Part shown: positions 1 to 11,992 of the stretch, one piece after another
Layout: each line of letters starts with the position of its first letter
Position numbering within the stretch: position 1 is the first letter of the stretch
DNA from: Utricularia gibba
Lineage: Eukaryota > Plantae > Magnoliophyta
Length of the DNA: 64,000 bases
Assembly (NCBI GenBank): GCA_002189035.1
Contig: NEEC01000011.1
Location: 2,852,001-2,916,000, forward strand
Direction: 5' to 3'
Position numbers and translations under genes: made by a program
The notes under the pieces: model-generated
What the model was told of the DNA's origin: nothing
The model's database searches: none
What the model saw: only the letters and a program-made list of their open reading frames with translations

Positions 1-1050
1 AGAACACCCCGTAAGACGATATGCGAATTAGGCGAATGGATCGAATTTTCGAGAGAATTGCATTTCAGGATAACGTGGTAGCGAATGTGGGGGAGGCCTG
101 AATCGTATGTTGTTCCAAATGGATGCTGAGTTGTTCTCATGTGGCCATGGATAACACTTGCAGTGCTAGTGCGGGAGCAAAGCTTTAGGTATATGTTAAT
201 GTCTGTTCTGGTACCTGTCTACTCTTTAGCACCTCGGTGCATTGCACATTTATTGGTTTCAACCCCCCTCTTTGTAATTGCATAAGTTTCCAACACTAAA
301 AACGCCTTGCATCTAAAACCAACATCAAATCTCTTTATCTACTGTGTAATATTATCAAATCATGCTCACTTCTATCTTATAAATTTAAATTTTACGCGAA
401 TTCGTCTCATTCCTCGAATCCGAGCTTCATTCGTTGGTTGGTAGCAGAATCGCTAAGCGTTCGACTAGCTTGATGTTGTTCTGAAGAATTTGAGAACATT
501 ATATTATGTCCGTGCAGTGTATGTTAGAATCAAACCAAAGTAAGATCAAGAGTATAGCCATGAAAATGTCATTGCTAAATTGGGCCTTGCGTGGCCCTCA
601 TGTTGGGCCGGAATGGCCAGCCATAACGTGGCCCAGGCCCAAAAATAATTTATTTATATGTTGGGAATCATATGAAAAATGAAAGAAAAATATTTTATGT
701 TTAATGATATAGTTTATGTAAATTATTTAAACGGAATATAATTTGGATATTTCATACTAAAAATATATTTTATTTTACCAGATAAAAGATGGAATAGTTG
801 TTGCACGTCCAACTTGACCGTTGTACGTTTCTGACCTGGAAATGGAATACAGCTGTATTCCGGTTATTTCCCGGTTGCCAACCGTGTACGGCTTTAAAGC
901 CCATTGTAAACAACGCGCCTCTTGAAACCGGCGTTTCCCTGTCACCCTTCCCCACTAGCCGTTATCCAGTTCCCTTGATAGATAAGAGGGAAGCAGATAT
1001 TGGATCAGAATCATCCGATTAGGGTTTCTTTGATGATCTTCTAGTTCCTA

Positions 1051-1497
1051 ATGGCGCAACCAGCCGGTGATTTACCCTCACGTAACGATAACCCCGATGA
1101 TGAGTCGAGATCAGGCGTTTTCGAAAGCTCTGGATGCGGCTCCTGCTGCCTCCGATTCCCCTGTTTTGGATCGAGAAAATCGGATGCCTGGGAGAGGATT
1201 TCTGCGCCGGAAAGCATCAACAGGACTTGTTCGCTGAAGGATGTAGGCGCGTTGAAGAAGGTCAGGGAATGGTCGGAACTCGTCGCTGGGCCTAAGTGGA
1301 AGACGTTCATTCGGCGGTTTAATAGGAACCCCGGTAGAGCGAAACCGGCGAGGTTCCAGTACGATCCTTTGACTTACGCTCTCAATTTCGACGAGGGAAG
1401 AGGACCGGAGGTAGAGGACGACGGCGATGTGGCTTTCAGGGACTTCTCGGCGAGATACGCTGCGATTCCGGCGGGGCCACCGAAGAATCCGCGGTGA
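1051..1497 (+). CDS. Single-exon conserved plant protein (stress-induced / uncharacterised family), 148 aa
   Basis: ORF contains the family motifs KKVREWSELVAGPKWKTFIRRF and RFQYDPLTYALNFDEG; a telo-box (TTAGGGTTT) lies just upstream at 1019-1027. Confidence 0.85.
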   Translation: MAQPAGDLPSRNDNPDDESRSGVFESSGCGSCCLRFPCFGSRKSDAWERISAPESINRTCSLKDVGALKKVREWSELVAGPKWKTFIRRFNRNPGRAKPARFQYDPLTYALNFDEGRGPEVEDDGDVAFRDFSARYAAIPAGPPKNPR

Positions 1498-2598
1498 TTT
1501 GCTAATGGTTTTTACATATACTCGATCTCTTTCATTCATTGAATTGTGTTCTTTGGTGTGAATGTGGTTTGGGGATTAAGATAAACACAGATTAATTTAT
1601 TTGTATTTAAATAAATTTGATACTATATAATTAATTTGTTATATGATACAGAATCAAGATTAGGAAAATATCAAATCTCATCATTTGAACATACAATTAC
1701 GAGAAATTGAACGAATGAGTATACCACACGAATTTCTTATGTTATCGTATGATATTGATGGTAGACTATGACACATCGTTGCATGTTTAATAATTCATCT
1801 AACCATGCCTACAACTCCCACAACTCTGTTGTTGCCATTAGATAAGGAGCATTTATATGGTAAAAATTTACTATTCTAAATATATATCAAATTCTATTTA
1901 CATGAACAAACTAAAATCAAGTTAACGATAATAGATATCCTAATGTCGAAAAAAACGTCACGTTTTTTGTAGAGGTGCACACCACTATGCCCTTACCCCA
2001 TTATGAAGTATGTACAGGCCAAAACGAATGTGATGGTACGTTAATTGTTTCAAAATTATATTATTTTATAAATTAATGATTTATAGTAGGGCCCAACTAC
2101 GATATAACTAACACCTCGATGATTGTGGGGATGGTGAGAGGCGGTTACCATCTACCCAGCCACCAAGTTTGAAAGGCGTCGCCAAACCGGACCGAGTCAG
2201 GGAGATGTTATTAGAGTGATTTAATTGATTTTAAATATCAATTAATCGATTTGATTTATTAATTAATGGATAAATTCTAAAACGTGTATCCATATCCATC
2301 AAAATGAATGGTTTTTTGGTAAATTCTCGAACATTATCGTGGATTAAAAAAATATTTTATATTAAGCTTCTAGAAGGGACAAGCCTGGGCACGTTGGACG
2401 GAGTTTCTTTTTTTTTTTTTTTTAAATAATTTCGACCTCCTTGTTTGTTCTGAGGATGGGTTGACCAATGCTTTGTTGAAAAAACCAGGGAAGGTGGTTA
2501 AGGAAGTACTCCATCTGAGCACAACATGTCGCCAATTTGATCTTCGATTGATGAGTTTAGATTCTCGTTTGTAATTCCAAACCGAGATTCGAGCGATA

Positions 2599-5242
2599 AT
2601 GGGTGGGCAGTTGTCGAGTCCAGCTCCAAATCCGTATGCAAGAAGAGGCACCGATGCAGAGAAGCCGTACCAACAAACGGAGAGGGAAGTTTACGCTGAT
2701 TTGGTTGCTTCACAAGTTTCAGAGGAGGCAAGGATTTTGGATGAATCCCGGAATCTGTATAGGCTGTTTCAGAGTTCCAGTGAAGATGAGTTTTATGATG
2801 GGATTCCGCAGTATAAGCGGAGTTCATACCAAAGGTCTCGGTCATTGAATGCCATTAAGGTAAAAGTGAAGCTCTTTAACCTATAGGGATGGTATATTAC
2901 CCTGATCATTACTCTGTAGTTGGTCAGCATATGTTGAATGATTGCATAATCATGGGGTGAAATTCTGTTGTAAGTGGATGAGAGGAATGATTACAGAATA
3001 AGCCCGTGTTGAATTTCGAAGAAAATTTTTGAATCATATTAGTGATCAGAAGCGCCTTATAGAAAGTTAAAGAAGTTTCTGGTTTTCCAGGTTTCGGATA
3101 CTGGACCTCATTTAGGAAGAACTCCCAGTAAAGGAGGAAGGAAAGCTGAAATCTTGAGCTCTCTGGGGAGAAGTGTGTCAAGTTTCGCATCCATGGATGT
3201 AGTTGCTTCAGGATCAACGAAAAATAACAAGATATCTATTATAGCATTTGAGGTTGCTAATACGATTGTAAAGGGTTCAAATCTCATGCAATCTCTTTCT
3301 AAGGAAAGCATCCACAGACTAAAAGAAGTAGTGCTTGCTGGTGAAGGTTTTCTACGATTGATATCCTCTGACAGGGATGAGCTTCTAAAAATTTTTGCCT
3401 CTGATAAAAGGTCATACAAAGATTACATATTGCAAACTTTTGATTGGTATCGGCTGTTTTTAGTCCTTTACTAGTCCACTGAAACGAGGACCGTTTCTCA
3501 TGAATAAAGGGAGGAGCTGAAGTGTTTCTCAAGTGAAGTAGTTCGTTTTGGAAACCAATGCCGGGATCCTCAGTGGCACTCTTTGGACAAATTCTTTGAG
3601 AAGTAATTCACAGTGAATTGCATTTTTCTCCTTTGGTTTCGGTTTAGCTCCTCATAATATGCTCAGCACTTGCACTGCAGGTATAGTGGACGCCGTACGC
3701 CGCCAAAGCAATTGAAAGAAGCTGCGGAGATTGCTATAATGCAGCTGATGGCCTACGTTCAGCAAACTTCTGTGAGCATCATTTGGAAACCTTCTAACTT
3801 CTAAGCTCTCCCTTTGTCTGATATCAGACCTTCATCCCAGAAGATATTTGCTCTGAGTCTCTTTCGTGGTATAACAGGAATTGTATGAGAAAATGCAAAT
3901 TCTGGACAGGATGGAAGATGCTTATAAACTTAAGCGCCTTGCAAAGCAATTAGGTAACATCTCAGCCTCATCAGCATGCATATATGTGTTGCTTACTGGA
4001 CAATTGTGATTATGTTTTCTTGTTTCATTTCATCTTAGGAGCACGAGACAATGGCGTAAATGTTTTACAGGTACAGCTGAAGCTCCATAAAAAGGTAGTG
4101 GAGAAGCTGAAGAAAAACTCATTGTGGTCAAGGTACATGGAAGAGGTACTCACTGAGCCTCACCTCTGAGTTTTCTTACCAGCATTTTATCTTCTTTTTG
4201 CTGTCTCTAATGCTAAGCAACATTTGTTTCTTCTAAATAACAGATCATGGGGAAGCTTGTAGATATTGTGTTGTATTTGAATCAGGAAATAAACTCCACA
4301 TTTGGTGATCCAGGTATATAAATCCAACATTATTCATTTTCATGAGTTTTCTCTAACTCATTCAAATTTCCAGAAGCAACTATCGAGGATAACAGGATGT
4401 TGGGGCCTGCCGGGCTTGCTCTACACTACGCAAATATCATTTTGAAGATCGACTCGATAGTGAGTGATCTTCACAGTTTATTGATAACGAAAAACCATTC
4501 ATCTCAGTAGATGGATCATTTCTCAAGCACTAACGTCCTTGAATCAGGTTGTGAATCCGAGTTCCATGAATTTGAACTACAGAGAGACACTGTACCGGAA
4601 CTTGCCTCCATCTTTGAAGCACCCTCTCCGGTCCGCACTGCAGGCATTCCATGTTGACAAGGAGGTAACTCAACCGGCTAAATGCACAGAACCTCTGTCA
4701 TGGTTTTGACTTTCTTTTGCATTCTCTAAAGCTTACAGTCGCTGAAATCAAAGATAAGATGGAGGCAACGTTGTGTTGGCTAGCCGTATTTGCAATGAAC
4801 ACCGCTAAGTAAGAACTTCAGACCTCATAGCTTCTGGGATGAATCATTTCTTTGTGATCTTCATACACCCTCGGAATTCTTCTTTGTTTCTGCAGGGCTC
4901 ATCATGGCTTTGGCTGGGTCGGCGAGTCGATGAATAAAGGGTGAGATGAGCCTCGTTCTGTTAGCGCCGCCGTCTTCTTACCGCTTTCTTTGAGCTAGAA
5001 ACTGACCTACAGAGTCGAACAGGCGGGAGGAGAAGCAGGGACTGTCTGGAAAAATGGAGATCGAAAGAATCGAGACACTGCATTATGCAGACAAGTTGAA
5101 GACAGAAACATACATCATGGAGCTCCTTGTGTGGCTGAACTACTTGGTCAGTCGATCTAAGCCCGTCTCCGATGGCGCCGAGCCCAAATCCATGGCGGTT
5201 TCCGGCAACGAGAACCAGGAAAGCAGCCGGAAAGTGAACTAG
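2599..5242 (+). CDS. PSK SIMULATOR (PSI)-like protein, DUF3475/DUF668 family, about 12 exons
   Basis: Spliced translation gives DEFYDGIP, ISIIAFEVANTIVKG, REELKCFSSEVVRFGNQCRDPQWH, LGPAGLALHYANII, AHHGFGWVGE and RIETLHYADK with GT-AG introns (e.g. 2860-3090). The phase at the last acceptor (about 5012) does not match the final ORF, so a small indel is possible there. Confidence 0.9.
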
Positions 5243-5512
5243 GGCCATTACCCGAGGCCAAGGGATTGCCGGACTTGAAAAGATACAGAAGAGAGTAATG
5301 CAGATGGAGGATCAAGGGTCTCAACCTCAAACCCTTGTTTGTTTAATACATGTACGGCGCGGCCACGTCACCTTATTGTTATGAAATTTCTTGTTCATAT
5401 TTTTTAATTATAAAGCAGGAATTAGCGAATTAAAACTGTAAAATATTAATTCAACACATAATTAAAAATAATAATTAATTATGTATATATATATATATCT
5501 GATATTTGTGTT

Positions 5513-5530
5513 AAACCCTAAAAAAGCCCG
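5513..5530 (+). promoter_or_regulatory. Telo-box (AAACCCTA) followed by an AAGCCC site II-like element upstream of RPC5
   Basis: TTAAACCCTAAAAAAGCCCG about 100 bp before the first ATG; this motif pair is typical of housekeeping/growth genes. Confidence 0.5.
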
Positions 5531-5624
5531 CTCTTGTGTATGAGGGAAGCCATTGATGAACATCAGAAGCAGAAATTCTCTCTGCCTTTCTTGAATTAAG
5601 CTTTTGGAGAATTCGGAACCGACC

Positions 5625-8600
5625 ATGCCAATTGATGATTCGATGGATAGTAATTGCATGCTCCGACCAAAATTGGAGGCAACTGAATTGCCACGCCATT
5701 TTCTAGAAAAATTGAAGGAAGACGATGATGATATGGCAATCGACATAGGTTTTGCGTGTAATGTTGCGGATATGGATGTGGATATGAAGCAAATGGTTGA
5801 AGATGAAGGGGTGATGCTATGGATACGGGAACTGAAGATGAAGTTGTTCGTGAATTGGATGTGTATTTCGTTCCTTCTCTTGATCATGAAACTCAGGTTA
5901 GGGGTTTACATGGAAGTTGTCCTTGGTGTTGGTCGTTTAGGTTTATCGAGTTTTTGTCCCTTTTTGTTCTGGTTAATCTTGAAGATTCTTGCGTAACCAT
6001 GGATTTCCTTCCGTGGTGGCAGATTTATTTGTTTCAATTTCCACTTAGGGAAAAGTGGCGACCATATGATTTGGATGATAGATGCCAACAGGTATTTAAC
6101 AGCGGGGTCTGTTTTTCTTGGTGATCATGATGCTATTTTAAATGGGGATTGGTTGGTTGACAATTTTAGGTCAGGGTGAAGCCTGAAAGTCGAGAATTGG
6201 AGGTTGATTTGCGGATTGAAATGAACTCCAAGAATTATGACTTCGATGCTGATTCTAGTGTGCAGATGGATAAGCAGGTTGTATGTTTTACTTGGTCAGT
6301 AACGTCTAGATGTTAAGTGAAGGTCCGAGACAATTTTGTGCCGACGAGATTTATTTATCCATGCTACGTACCATCTGTGTTATCCTACAGCAAAAAGCAG
6401 CATTGCAATTTCATGTTTGAAGTTGTTCAATAATATTTTAGCCACCAGGGATTAATAGAATGCCAATCCCTGCTGAAATTAATATGTATCTGCCAATCTT
6501 TCCAGACTCTTTCAACAATATGGACGCAGCCATCTCCTCCTTGCTGTTATTCTGTTGGCATTCTTGATGGAAACAAGGCATGACCTTCTCGATTTCCCAG
6601 ATTTTGAGTATTGCTGATTTATGGAAGCATTTGAATTTGTAGGGAAAGTACTCTGGAATTTATGTTTTAGCAGGTATTCTGTTTGTTATGATGTTCTGTT
6701 CTCATATGCAGTTGCACTTGCATCCCATTCATGCGGTGGTGCAACTCCGACCATCAATGAAACACCTTGATTCCAGGGATACGGGAAAGAAAACTGTCGC
6801 AAAGGGAGATACAAAGAAGTCAGCACCATCTCAGGAGGAAATGAAGCAGGTTAATTTCTTTCTTGATAAGCTTTCTGCGGGTGATCTTTGTGGTCCATCA
6901 AATCTTGATATGTTCTCTTTTATTATCCAGAGCTGGGTTCCTCTGAAGTACCATGCTGGAAAAAGCGACTTGGCAAAAGAATACTTGCATCTAATGATGA
7001 AACGAGTGGGGAACCTCCTATTAACTTTTCCATGGGACTGTATGTGCATTACTTTTTAATGTTCTTCTTGCTTTTTAATTATGTCTTCTTTGATACACTG
7101 TTTATCTAATATGTTTTTTCATTCCAAACTTTAAAAGGTCTGAATATGTGAATAGTTTGTGTGGGTCGTCTACTAATGGCTCATATGCCAATCGTACACC
7201 TATAAGGTACTTGAATGGCTTTCGTGGCTCGCCAGAATCTGTACATTTTCTGGGTGTTGTATTTTTACACTATATTTTATCACTTGTCAGGTCTTTCCTG
7301 AAGCTACCTCTGAAAGAGAGACTCGAAACTTATTTCCTTGAGGTCTGTACCACTCCATTTCTATTGTGTGTTTTGTATTTTATCCTTTTTGTTTGTTCGT
7401 TCAATTATTCAATACACATCAAATTGATGATCTCATTCCATTAGAAACATGTCGACCATGTAAATAATGAACTATTATTATTCCTGAACATTCAATGTTT
7501 TATTTGCATTCGTTTTCCATAGGCCGATCAGCACCATCCAATTCACAGATTCGATACTTTGAAATACTTAGCCCCTGAAGTGTCAGCCGAAGAATTTTTG
7601 GAAATTTTGCAAGAACTTGCCTGGTTAGTTCAAGGACTTTGGGTTCCAAAGAGTGCATTGGTATGTGGAGAACGTCAACCCAGTGAACTTTTAGCGAGAG
7701 ATTATGCTCTTCTCTTATTCAGCAAGAGCATATGCATTAAAAATTCTCAGTTGCCTCATCAAAGGCCTGCAGTGTCTAAGGCGATGAGAAATTTCCTTAA
7801 TGTATTTGCTGTTGAGAGAAAAGTTTTTTCTGACTGGAAACTTCGAGAGCCCCCAGACATGGGATTCACGAAGCTCTATCCATATGTGGTCAAGGAACAA
7901 GAGGAGCAATGGAGAATCCGGGAAGAACGGGTCAAGGGTATTTTTGATAAAAGTAATAAGCCAGAGATGAAGACGATGTTGAGGACAAATCCCACCAGCA
8001 ACGTAGCACAGCTCAAGGCTACCCCTAAGTTGGCAGCACAAACTCCAGTTAGAGCAACACTTCCAAGATCTAAAATGCCAGAAGAAGCACAGGCATCTAT
8101 AGCGAAAACTCTTCTGAAGCTTTTTAAGAGGGACAAAGTTTACAGGTGAGATGCAATTTCTCAAACTTTAGGGTTGCATGTTCATTAAGCTGCATATTCA
8201 TTTATATTCTTCGGAACAAACATGAGGTCCATCCATAATTTTCTTCACTACAAAACTTGCAAGATATTTAGGTCTTCGTATGGATCTGTTTTGATTTTTT
8301 TTTTTACTCTTATTATTTCAGTTTCCAGCAAATTGGGGAGAAGTTGAAAGGCATGGTCATTTCAGAGTGTCAGAAGGAATCAAGCAGAGGTGGTGGAGCA
8401 ATGGCGATAGCAAAGAGTATCAACGATTTCCCAGATGAGCTTCAGGCAATCATCGAGCAGTTAGTAGATAATGTTCATGGCATTGGTGTACTGAAATCCT
8501 CACCAGATTACCCCGAATACGATCAGTTCAGGTACTAATGATTCTTCCTCTTTCTCATCATGGAAATCTTGGTTTCGTCTTGAAGTAGATATCCACTGCT

Positions 8601-8914
8601 ACACTAACACTCGCACCTTGTGTACAGACAATTCGTCATAGATTATTTCAGGGGCGAAAAGCCGGAAGCAAAGCTTAAAAGGGGCGTTTTGCTTGAAGCT
8701 GCCAAAACTGCACTCAAGAGGGAAATATCAAACACCGAGTGCGACAAGGTCACTCAAATTCTCAATGCTTTTTGCTGATAGAAACAAAGGCTGATAGTTG
8801 TGCTTGCTGCTGTTGTGTTTTTCATCCCTTTTGCTGCAGGTCTTACATGAACTCTGCGTTTCACAAGGCTCTGCTTGGGTGCTCAGAACTGCTGATGGAA
8901 ACCCAAAACAATGA
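5625..8914 (+). CDS. POLR3E: DNA-directed RNA polymerase III subunit RPC5 (Sin-like), about 12 exons, two apparent 1-nt deletions
   Basis: EDEVVRELDVYF, IYLFQFPLREKWRPYDLDDRC, GNK|LHLHPIHAVVQLRPS, WLVQGLWVPKS and terminal VLHELCVSQGSAWVLR (stop 8912-8914). One extra G is needed in each of GGGG 5808-5811 and GGGG 7008-7011 to keep the frame. Confidence 0.9.
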
Positions 8915-9289
8915 TGTTGAACCAGTCCCTAGGTTAGTTTTCAACTCATTGTTCAAGACTTGGATCCTTTAGAGCCCATAATGCCATCACAGAAGTCGTG
9001 TGCACAGGGTTTTGAAAGTACATTCTCGGGTCGGGCCGGAAAATTTTGGGTTCAAACAAACATTGTGAATTTTCATTTAAATATTCATATATATTTTAAA
9101 CTGTATTTGATAAAAAAAAATAGATATTCAAATGTATTGGACAAATAAATATGTTAAAACTATTTTATTTATGAAAATTTGAACCGGATTTCTACATGGG
9201 TTTGGGCCGGTTCGCGGGGGTTTAAACTGGTGACTTTGAAAAGGGTCAGAAAAAAGATCTTGCGAGGCTGCGCGCAGAAAAAGAGAGGG

Positions 9290-11138
9290 ATGCGCTGTCC
9301 GTACTGCTCCGTTGGTCAAGGCCGTTGTGCCACAACCGCCGCAGGCCGGAGCATAACTGAGTGCGGTTCGTGTGGGCGCGTTGTGGAGGAGCGGCAGACG
9401 CAGGCTCAACATCTTTTCCACATCCGCGCACAGGATACGCCTCTGTGCCTCGTAACCTCCGATCTCCCTTCGGCCTCTGCTTCTGTAAAAGACGATGACG
9501 AAGATCCTTTCGAGCCTACCGGTTATATCACTGCTTTCTCCACTTGGTCTCTGGAGCGGTACCCAGTGTTCGCGCACGCTTCGCTCTCTTTCGCCGGTCA
9601 CTTGGCGGAGCTTGAGAGGGTACTTGAAACGACGTCGCAAGGGACGATTGCTTCTGGACCCTCCGTTGTTGTAGATAGTCTGAGGGCTTATTTGCAGATC
9701 ATTGATGTGGCGTCGATTCTTGGCCTGGATTGTGATATTTCCGATCATGCGTTTCAGCTTTTCAGGGATTGCTCTTCCGCCACGTGTTTGCGGAATCGCA
9801 GCGTCGAGGCATTGGCAACTGCTGCTTTGGTTCAGGCGATTCGAGAAGCACAGGAGCCTAGAACCCTGCAGGTAATTGCAATTTCCACATCCATAGGTTC
9901 CTGCTGTTGAATTAGGATCTGAAACTCCGGCATCGATTATACTTTCAGAATTTGACGCTAAGTGAACTTACTGCTGCAACTCAACTAATGAGATGCTGAA
10001 ATGTTGTTGTACAAGGAAATTTCCATTGCTGCCAATTTACCACAGAAAGAGATAGGCAAATACATCAAAATTCTTGGAGAAGCTCTACAATTGAGCCAAC
10101 CTATCAATAGCAATTCAATAGCGGTGCATATGCCCAGATTCTGTACTCTTCTACAACTCAACAAATCTGCTCAGGTACCCCTCTAGTCTCCGTCAATTCT
10201 TCAGATTCACACAAGTTAGATAAAATCTGAAATTGAGTACATAGAACCTTTCTGGCATCTCTCTCGGAGCTGTTCGTAATTTTCCAACCCTGTGATGACC
10301 TGCAATGATTTACTTCAGGATTTTTCCATGCCTTCTTCCCTTTTGAGTATCCTGTTTTACGTGCTTGTAGGAGCTGGCGACACATATCGGTGATGTTGTC
10401 ATCAGCAAGTGTTTTTGCACGCGGCGCAACCCCATAAGCATCTCTGCTGCTGCCATTTATTTAGCTTGTCAACTGGAAGATAAACGCAAGACACAAGCAG
10501 AAATTTGCAAGGTAACTGGTCTCACAGAAGTCACCTTGAGAAAAGTCTACAAGGAGCTATTAGAAAATTGGGATGACCTGCTTCCATCTAACTACAATCC
10601 CATAGTTCCTCCTGAGAAAGCATTTCCTACCGCATCCATCTCTTCGGGACGTCCTTCATTGTCCAGGGCTGATCCCTCTGAAGGCCCCGCTTCAGAAGGG
10701 AACAAGAAAAATGAAGTCAGGGTAGTGAGATTCATCGAAGCCCTTGTTGCACCCCACCAGGCTAAAACCAGAGAAAGCAGTTCAGGCAAAGACAGTGCCC
10801 AGAGAGCTTACACGCAGGATATGCTGGGAACACCACACTGGCAGCAGCCTCAGGCTTCTGTTGGAACTTCTGCTGCTCAGGCTCAAACCACTTCAGTGCA
10901 AGATATGGAATTCGATTTATTCTGCAATACGCAGGAGGAGAAAAGAGTGGACATGGATATGGGAGGTGCCGCCTCTAGCTCCGTAAGGTCTGTCCAGTTT
11001 TCTTCTTCCCCAATCATTCCTTGGCCGCTCCGTTCTCCGGCCGCGCCGGTAGCTCCTCCGGGTGTTCGCTTCATGCAAACGAACCTGACAGACAAAAAGT
11101 CAGGTCAGCCTGATCTAAACGAGGACTTTGTACCATAG
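9290..11138 (+). CDS. PBRP1: Plant-specific TFIIB-related protein 1; exons 9290-9871, 10016-10174, 10371-11138
   Basis: N-terminal zinc ribbon MRCPYCSVGQGRC...ITECGSCGRVVEERQ, cyclin-fold repeats (ATCLRNRSVEALATAAL; RNPISISAAAIYLACQLE); canonical GT-AG introns, all in phase. Confidence 0.95.
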
Positions 11139-11439
11139 TGGAATCTCTTGAACTTAATCGCATTAAGCTTAATGTACGTGTTATGTATTTGTTGTCCAAT
11201 AAAACAAAACAAAAAAAAAGGTGCTTAAAATTTGTATTTTATTGTTAAATACGATCATTTTTATTTAAAAAAATTAAATTTTAGAAATATTTTTAAGTTT
11301 AAATAATTATAAAATCCCAAGCTTGAATTTTGGGGAAGTTATGCAAAACATAGGTGTGATCGTTTGGTGCGGTTGGAGGGCACTTGAGTCAGCCGTGGCG
11401 GCTCGAAAGCGTCCTGATTCCCGCCATCGTTACTACCTA

Positions 11440-11850
11440 TGAAGGTAGGCCGATCCCCAGCCATATCCAATCGGAAAAAATGCTGCTGCCATCAATTGCG
11501 AGCCGCCGACGTCATGCCGCCGTTTGCATGGATCAGAACCTCGTTTCCCGTCGCCGTATTCCCAAAACAGCCTTCATGGCTGGCGGAGAATGGAGTGGCT
11601 TGGTGTCTGTGTACTCTCAAGGCGACGGGATGCGGGGGATCTCGCCGGGCCCTAGCGGATAAACCGGCGCGCCAAAGGGAGTGAGATTCCTGACGGCTGG
11701 CACAATCAATGCCTGGTCTCGTACATAAAGAACAAGACGGGATCGAGGCTTCCGAGGTTGCGCTTGTTGGGAACAGTTGCAGTTTGTTGGGCAGGATTCC
11801 ATTCCAGGCCATCTTCCCGGGGATCAGCGCCTTGGGTTGAGCTCCGGCAA
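11440..11850 (-). mobile_element. Possible degenerate LINE (non-LTR) ORF2 C-terminal fragment, zf-RVT-like
   Basis: GC-rich island between two convergent 3' ends. The minus strand reads PKALIPGKMAWNGILPNKLQL...PSCSLC...ID...SLW and, in a shifted frame, WIW, which resembles the zf-RVT consensus (PKxKxFxWxxxxxxLPT...CxLC...W...WxIW). The match is weak and judged by eye. Confidence 0.35.
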
Positions 11851-11992
11851 TCTCAAGCTCCGACTTCCTTTACTCACAATGGATTTACAATAAAACCAAA
11901 ACATTACACTATCAGCCACCAGCCCCATCTATAAACAACAAGATGCAGAGAAACAATGAAAAAGGTATGTAAAGTTTGAGCTCGGCTTCTTT

